Source: Candidatus Roizmanbacteria bacterium RIFOXYC1_FULL_41_16
GTDB taxonomy: Bacteria; Patescibacteriota; Microgenomatia; UBA1406
Direction of reading: 5' to 3'
Length of the DNA stretch: 64,000 nucleotides
Assembly (NCBI GenBank): GCA_001788295.1
Contig: MGBO01000021.1
Coordinates: 74,003 to 138,002, forward strand
Shown here: piece after piece, positions 60,024 through 64,000 of the stretch
How positions within the stretch are numbered: the stretch's first letter is position 1
Layout: every line of letters begins with the position of its first letter
Notes under the pieces: generated by a model
Databases searched by the model: none
Told to the model about the DNA's origin: nothing
What the model saw: only the letters and a program-made list of their open reading frames with translations
Program-made: the position numbers and the translations under genes

Positions 60024-61408
60024 GCAAATACTTTGGGTTTAATCACAAACACTCCATCCTTATCCTCAACCAGATAGCCCTGGGCTTCAATTGTCTGCCG
60101 AATTAAGTCGGCTTGCTTATATTGTTTGTCCAGTCGTAATTGTTGCCTTTGTTTGGCCAAGTCAATAATTGATGCCGGAACTGTTACTTTCAGACTGTTT
60201 TTGATTTTCAGGCCCAGTACCTGATCAAAACTGAGTACGGTTGCCAAAATATCTTCGGCTTTGTTGGAAGAATTAACCGCTGTCCAAACCACGGCCAGCG
60301 CCTGAGGAATATTAAAGTCATCAGTAATTGCCTGTTCAAATTGCTTTTGATAGCTTTGGATTATTCTACCAGCCCGTAACACCCCCGGGGTGTACAGAAT
60401 GGAAAGCAGATTTTGGTGAGCTTCCCTAGCCGCACCAAGCGCCTCCCAAGTAAAATTCTGCTGTGACCTGTAATGAGCTTGCAAAAACAAATAGCGAAGA
60501 TCCAAAGCACTAAAGCCTTTATCCAAAATTTCCTGCAAAGAATAGCCAGTGCCTTCGGATTTGGCCATCTTGCGGTTGTTTACCAATAAATGCTCATTAT
60601 GCAGCCAGTAATTGACAAATTTAACGCCGTTGGCCGCTTCACTTTGGGCAATCTCATTGGTATGATGAACCGGAATATGTTCCACTCCGCCCATGTGCAA
60701 ATCCAGAGTATCACCCAAAAGCGCCTTGCTCATTACCGAACATTCCAAATGCCAACCCGGAAACCCCTCTCCCCAAGGACTTGGCCAGGTTTGTATAGCC
60801 TCAGCATGATCCCCTTTTTTAAAAAACCAAAGAGCAAAATCCTGTGCCTGACGCTTGTCTTTGTCAATCACCTGACCCTTACCTTCCCCAACTACCTGTG
60901 CCTCCAATTCTTGACCCGAAAGCTTGCTATAGCCGTCAAAACGGCTAATGTCATAATAAATCGCGAGTTCCGTTTGATAGGCATAGCCCTGACTAAGCAA
61001 TTTTTCAATCATTTCTTGCATTGGTTTAATATACTGCGTGGCTCTGGGTTTGTGAGTCGGCTTAAGCAGATTAAGGGCTTTGGTGTCTTTTTCAAACTGA
61101 GCAATATATTTATCGGCAATTGAGCTTGGCGACAAGCCCTCGCGCTTCGCCCCTTTTTCCATTTTGTCCTCACCCTCGTCGTTATCTGAAACCAAATGGC
61201 CAACATCGGTGTAATTGCGCACCTGAATGACTTTATATTGTAAATATTCAAATGTACGGCGAACCAGATCGCCCATGGTCATGCCCCGAAGATTGCCAAT
61301 ATGCTGAGTCCAATATACGGTCGGGCCACAGTGATAAAAAGTCACTTGCCCGTGTTTAAGCGGCTTAAATTCTTCAAGCTTACGAGTAAGCGTATTATAT
61401 ATTTGCAT
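60020..61408 (-). CDS. cysS: Cysteine--tRNA ligase
   Basis: Class-I HIGH (HCGPTVYWTQHIGN) and KMSKS (KMAKSEG) motifs. Zinc-binding Cys pattern of CysRS. Confidence 0.85.
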   Translation of the reverse strand: MQIYNTLTRKLEEFKPLKHGQVTFYHCGPTVYWTQHIGNLRGMTMGDLVRRTFEYLQYKVIQVRNYTDVGHLVSDNDEGEDKMEKGAKREGLSPSSIADKYIAQFEKDTKALNLLKPTHKPRATQYIKPMQEMIEKLLSQGYAYQTELAIYYDISRFDGYSKLSGQELEAQVVGEGKGQVIDKDKRQAQDFALWFFKKGDHAEAIQTWPSPWGEGFPGWHLECSVMSKALLGDTLDLHMGGVEHIPVHHTNEIAQSEAANGVKFVNYWLHNEHLLVNNRKMAKSEGTGYSLQEILDKGFSALDLRYLFLQAHYRSQQNFTWEALGAAREAHQNLLSILYTPGVLRAGRIIQSYQKQFEQAITDDFNIPQALAVVWTAVNSSNKAEDILATVLSFDQVLGLKIKNSLKVTVPASIIDLAKQRQQLRLDKQYKQADLIRQTIEAQGYLVEDKDGVFVIKPKVFA

Positions 61409-61427
61409 CGTTTTATTTTAACCTAAA

Positions 61428-61979
61428 TTATTGGCCCTTGCTCCCCCTAAATTCGGTCCGGTTGAGTTCTTGCGGTGTGGGCTGGCGTTTCCGCTTGGCC
61501 CCATGGCGCCAATCACCCCGGGCGCGGGCAGAACCAGTGGCTCCCAAAGCCGGAGCAGCTTGTCTCTGCTGCGATTGCTGCTGTTGTTTTTCCTGCCTTT
61601 CCTTCCAAGACTGATCATATATCGGCTTGGCCTGTTCTGACTGATCTTTTGACTGGCTAAATAATTGACTCAGCTTGGCTTGTACTTGCCTTAACTCTTG
61701 CTGATCGTTTTTTTCTAGTTGTTGTTTAGGATTAATTGAACTAAATTCGCCGATTTTGTTACTCACTGGCGGTTTGTCAGGGTCTTTATTCTTCAGCCAT
61801 TCGTCTGCCCAATCTTTGTCTGGAGTTTTACTCGGACTTTTTACTTCCGGCCGCATCCCTATTAATTCTTTACCGGTTTCTTTCAACTCTCTTACGGTTT
61901 CAATACCAATCTCACGAGCCAAATTTTTTAATTGATTTCTGACGGCCGAATCACTTTTTGGTTTTTTAAAAAAAGCCAT
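61428..61979 (-). CDS. Hypothetical protein with low-complexity Q/K-rich C-terminus
   Basis: 183-aa ORF, no recognisable catalytic motif. Confidence 0.35.
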   Translation of the reverse strand: MAFFKKPKSDSAVRNQLKNLAREIGIETVRELKETGKELIGMRPEVKSPSKTPDKDWADEWLKNKDPDKPPVSNKIGEFSSINPKQQLEKNDQQELRQVQAKLSQLFSQSKDQSEQAKPIYDQSWKERQEKQQQQSQQRQAAPALGATGSARARGDWRHGAKRKRQPTPQELNRTEFRGSKGQ

Positions 61980-61987
61980 GATTGTTT

Positions 61988-62290
61988 TTAAATTAAACCT
62001 AACTTAATTTTGGCATCCTGGCTCATTCTATCCATACTCCAAGCCGGCTTAAAAGTGAGGTCAATTTTGACATTATCGATTTGTTTGAGCTCGCTAACTT
62101 TATTTTCAATGCTTTTTTGAATGGTTCCAAACAGCGGACAGCCAATAGTAGTCAGAGTCATGGTAATTTTCGCCTGGCCGTCTTTGATTTTAACCTTGTA
62201 AATCAACCCCAAATCAACGATAGAGATATTCAATTCTGGATCAGGGATTTCCGCCAGTTTTTGCCAAACCTGTTTTTCCAACAATGTCAT
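61988..62290 (-). CDS. DUF59/MIP18-family Fe-S cluster assembly protein (SufT-like)
   Basis: …IVDLGLIY…TLTTIGCP… conserved Cys context of DUF59. Confidence 0.6.
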   Translation of the reverse strand: MTLLEKQVWQKLAEIPDPELNISIVDLGLIYKVKIKDGQAKITMTLTTIGCPLFGTIQKSIENKVSELKQIDNVKIDLTFKPAWSMDRMSQDAKIKLGLI

Positions 62291-62329
62291 ACCACTATTC
62301 TACTAAATAATTCAGGTATAATACCCATA

Positions 62330-63292
62330 ATGTTAATTGATAATGTCAAGGTAACGGTCGAGGGCGGTCGCGGCGGCAATGGCTGTGTCAGCTTTCACCG
62401 TGAGAAATTTGTACCCAAAGGCGGTCCGGATGGCGGCAATGGCGGCAATGGCGGCTCAGTTTATGTCATTGGCCAAAATAATATTTATCTGTTGAAAAAA
62501 TTCCGCGAGCAACCTCTGGTCAAAGCGGAAAGCGGCCAGCCCGGCGCTAAAAATAAAAAACATGGCGCCAACGCGCCGGACTTGATCATCAAAGTGCCTC
62601 TTGGCACTCGGATCACCAATCTCTGGGATAATAGTCAGGTGGAAATTCTGGACGAGTCCAGCCGGTTTTTGCTGGCCAAAGGCGGAAAAGGCGGCTTCGG
62701 CAATTGGGAATTTCGTTCCCCTACTAATCAAACACCACGCCAGTTCGAACCCGGCCGGCCCGGGCAAAACACCAAATATCTTTTTGAGTTACAGCTGATT
62801 GCGGACATTGGCTTGATTGGCTTACCCAACGCCGGCAAGTCCACTTTGCTGAACGCACTCACCCAAGCTCAGGCCAAAACGGCCGATTATCCTTTTACCA
62901 CACTCGAGCCCAATCTGGGAGCTTTTGATGATTACATTATTGCCGATATTCCCGGACTGATCGAAGGCGCTCATTTTGGCAAGGGTTTGGGTATCAGATT
63001 TCTCCGCCATGTGGAGCGAACCAAGCTGCTTGTTCATTGTCTGAGTTGTGAGTCAGAAAATTTGATCAAAGACTATCAGATTATTCGACAGGAATTAATC
63101 GCCTATAATCCCAAATTTGTTGATCGGCCGGAATTACTGATCCTTACCAAGGCTGATGTGCTGGATAAAAAAACTCAAACTAAATTAATAAATCAATTTA
63201 TAAAACAAAATCTCAAACCACTTTTTGTTTCGGTTCTGTTAGAAGAAAGTCTCGAGGAACTAAAAGCCGTGATGAAGAAAATGGTTGGCTAA
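62330..63292 (+). CDS. obg: GTPase Obg (CgtA)
   Basis: Glycine-rich Obg-fold N-terminus (GGRGGNGCVSF…GGPDGGNGGNGG). G-domain GLIGLPNAGKSTLLNAL, DIPGLIEGA, TKAD. Start trimmed to MLIDNVKV, preceded by TATAAT at 62316-62321. Confidence 0.85.
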   Translation: MLIDNVKVTVEGGRGGNGCVSFHREKFVPKGGPDGGNGGNGGSVYVIGQNNIYLLKKFREQPLVKAESGQPGAKNKKHGANAPDLIIKVPLGTRITNLWDNSQVEILDESSRFLLAKGGKGGFGNWEFRSPTNQTPRQFEPGRPGQNTKYLFELQLIADIGLIGLPNAGKSTLLNALTQAQAKTADYPFTTLEPNLGAFDDYIIADIPGLIEGAHFGKGLGIRFLRHVERTKLLVHCLSCESENLIKDYQIIRQELIAYNPKFVDRPELLILTKADVLDKKTQTKLINQFIKQNLKPLFVSVLLEESLEELKAVMKKMVG

Positions 63293-63296
63293 ATTG

Positions 63297-63367
63297 AGCG
63301 GGATACGGGAGTTGAACCCGTTTCTTCACCTTGGGAAGGTGACGTTAGGCCGCTTAACTAATCCCGC
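63297..63367 (-). tRNA. tRNA-Gly (anticodon CCC)
   Basis: Minus-strand GCGGGAT-TA-GTTAAGCGGCCTAAC-G-TCACC-TTCCCAA-GGTGA-AGAA-ACGGGTTCAACTCCCGT-ATCCCGC-T. CCA not encoded. Confidence 0.8.
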
Positions 63368-63500
63368 GATTAGATACTGTTAAATATGGTGTTTTTTTAT
63401 TCTATCAAACAATCTGTTAAACTGAGCAATAGTTAAATCAATACGAGCATATTAGAACAAATAGCGACCCGAATTTTCCAAATTACATTCGGAAAAAAAC

Positions 63501-63839
63501 TTATAATTCATCCTTAAAAAAATGTTCAACACTCTTTCTTAATTCTTTATTGGATGAAAAAATCTTGATCAAATCAGGCACCGCTCTAGCGTATCTTTGA
63601 AGAAGTTGTAAATGCTCATCTATTTTTCCTTGTAATTCCTCCTGGCTATAGCGATTATAGCCTTCGGCAATCCAAGATCGGTAGTTTCGTACTTCTCCAA
63701 TTAGGGAACCAACACTGTGTGCAATTCTATAGGAATAATCTGGATCTTTTGAAGTCATGGTGCCATTTTCGAGTTCCTCAACTGTGTGATAATGAAGAGG
63801 TAAGCCAGTTAGTATTTCACGCTCTTTTTCCACTACCAT
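63501..63839 (-). CDS. Hypothetical protein
   Basis: 112-aa ORF, no recognisable motif. Confidence 0.3.
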   Translation of the reverse strand: MVVEKEREILTGLPLHYHTVEELENGTMTSKDPDYSYRIAHSVGSLIGEVRNYRSWIAEGYNRYSQEELQGKIDEHLQLLQRYARAVPDLIKIFSSNKELRKSVEHFFKDEL

Positions 63840-63854
63840 AATGTGGTACTAAAT

Positions 63855-64000
63855 TACTAGATGACGAGGCCAATCTTTTCTTTCACCTCACTAACCTTTT
63901 TTCCTACTACCGGCCTAATTTGCTCCGCCTGCGCTTTCATTAGTTTCTTAAGTTCGGCCTTATCATTAACAAAAGTCTGATAGCGCTTTTGTATCGGTTT
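63855..64000 (-). CDS. Hypothetical protein, C-terminal fragment (5' end beyond window)
   Basis: Open minus-strand frame from the window edge to TAG (cta at 63855-63857). Read by hand. Confidence 0.25.

Overview
Low-GC (about 38-40%), gene-dense window with short intergenic spacers and many overlapping start/stop codons. The content is consistent with a small-genome bacterium, possibly a Patescibacteria/CPR lineage; that placement is inference only. TGA, TAA and TAG all terminate homologous proteins at the expected positions, so the standard code 11 applies.

Main blocks:
- Threonine-to-glycine operon (tdh-kbl-HAD) at 1.3-4.3 kb.
- A large cell-envelope glycosylation locus at 4-27 kb: galE, gmd, GT2, GT4, at least three or four GT-C-type (PMT/ArnT-like) membrane glycosyltransferases, a UPF0104 flippase-like protein, a DUF2142 membrane protein, two tandem alkaline-phosphatase-superfamily (phosphodiesterase/nucleotide-pyrophosphatase-like) paralogs, a PAPS-reductase-family protein and a MazG-like protein.
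- Central metabolism oddities at 17.7-20.6 kb: a GH57-like enzyme and an archaeal-type bifunctional FBP aldolase/phosphatase.
- Housekeeping genes: ychF, queA, tgt, xerC/D-like, corA, yebC, kefB-like, dksA/traR-like, lgt-like, dnaB, RNase J, an RF1-like release factor, rpmE, htrA, ctpA, radA, rpsF-ssb-rpsR, cysS, obg.
- RNA genes: tRNA-Leu(TAG), tRNA-Gly(TCC), tRNA-Gly(CCC), and a stand-alone 5S rRNA with its own promoter.

Most unusual candidates:
1. A C39-like peptidase followed by three ATP-grasp ligases (one Ddl-like, two PGM1-like paralogs) ending at tRNA-Gly. This is a candidate peptide-ligation/modification system.
2. A GC-richer segment of about 550 bp between radA and a CBS protein gene, bounded by perfect 14-bp inverted repeats and carrying a small 2-TM protein gene plus a 19-bp hairpin.
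3. A 740-bp structured leader upstream of corA containing a palindrome, direct repeats and mutually exclusive hairpins.
4. A promoter, leader peptide and two-hairpin attenuator-like element upstream of a GNAT-fusion gene.
5. A class-I release factor lacking domain 1.
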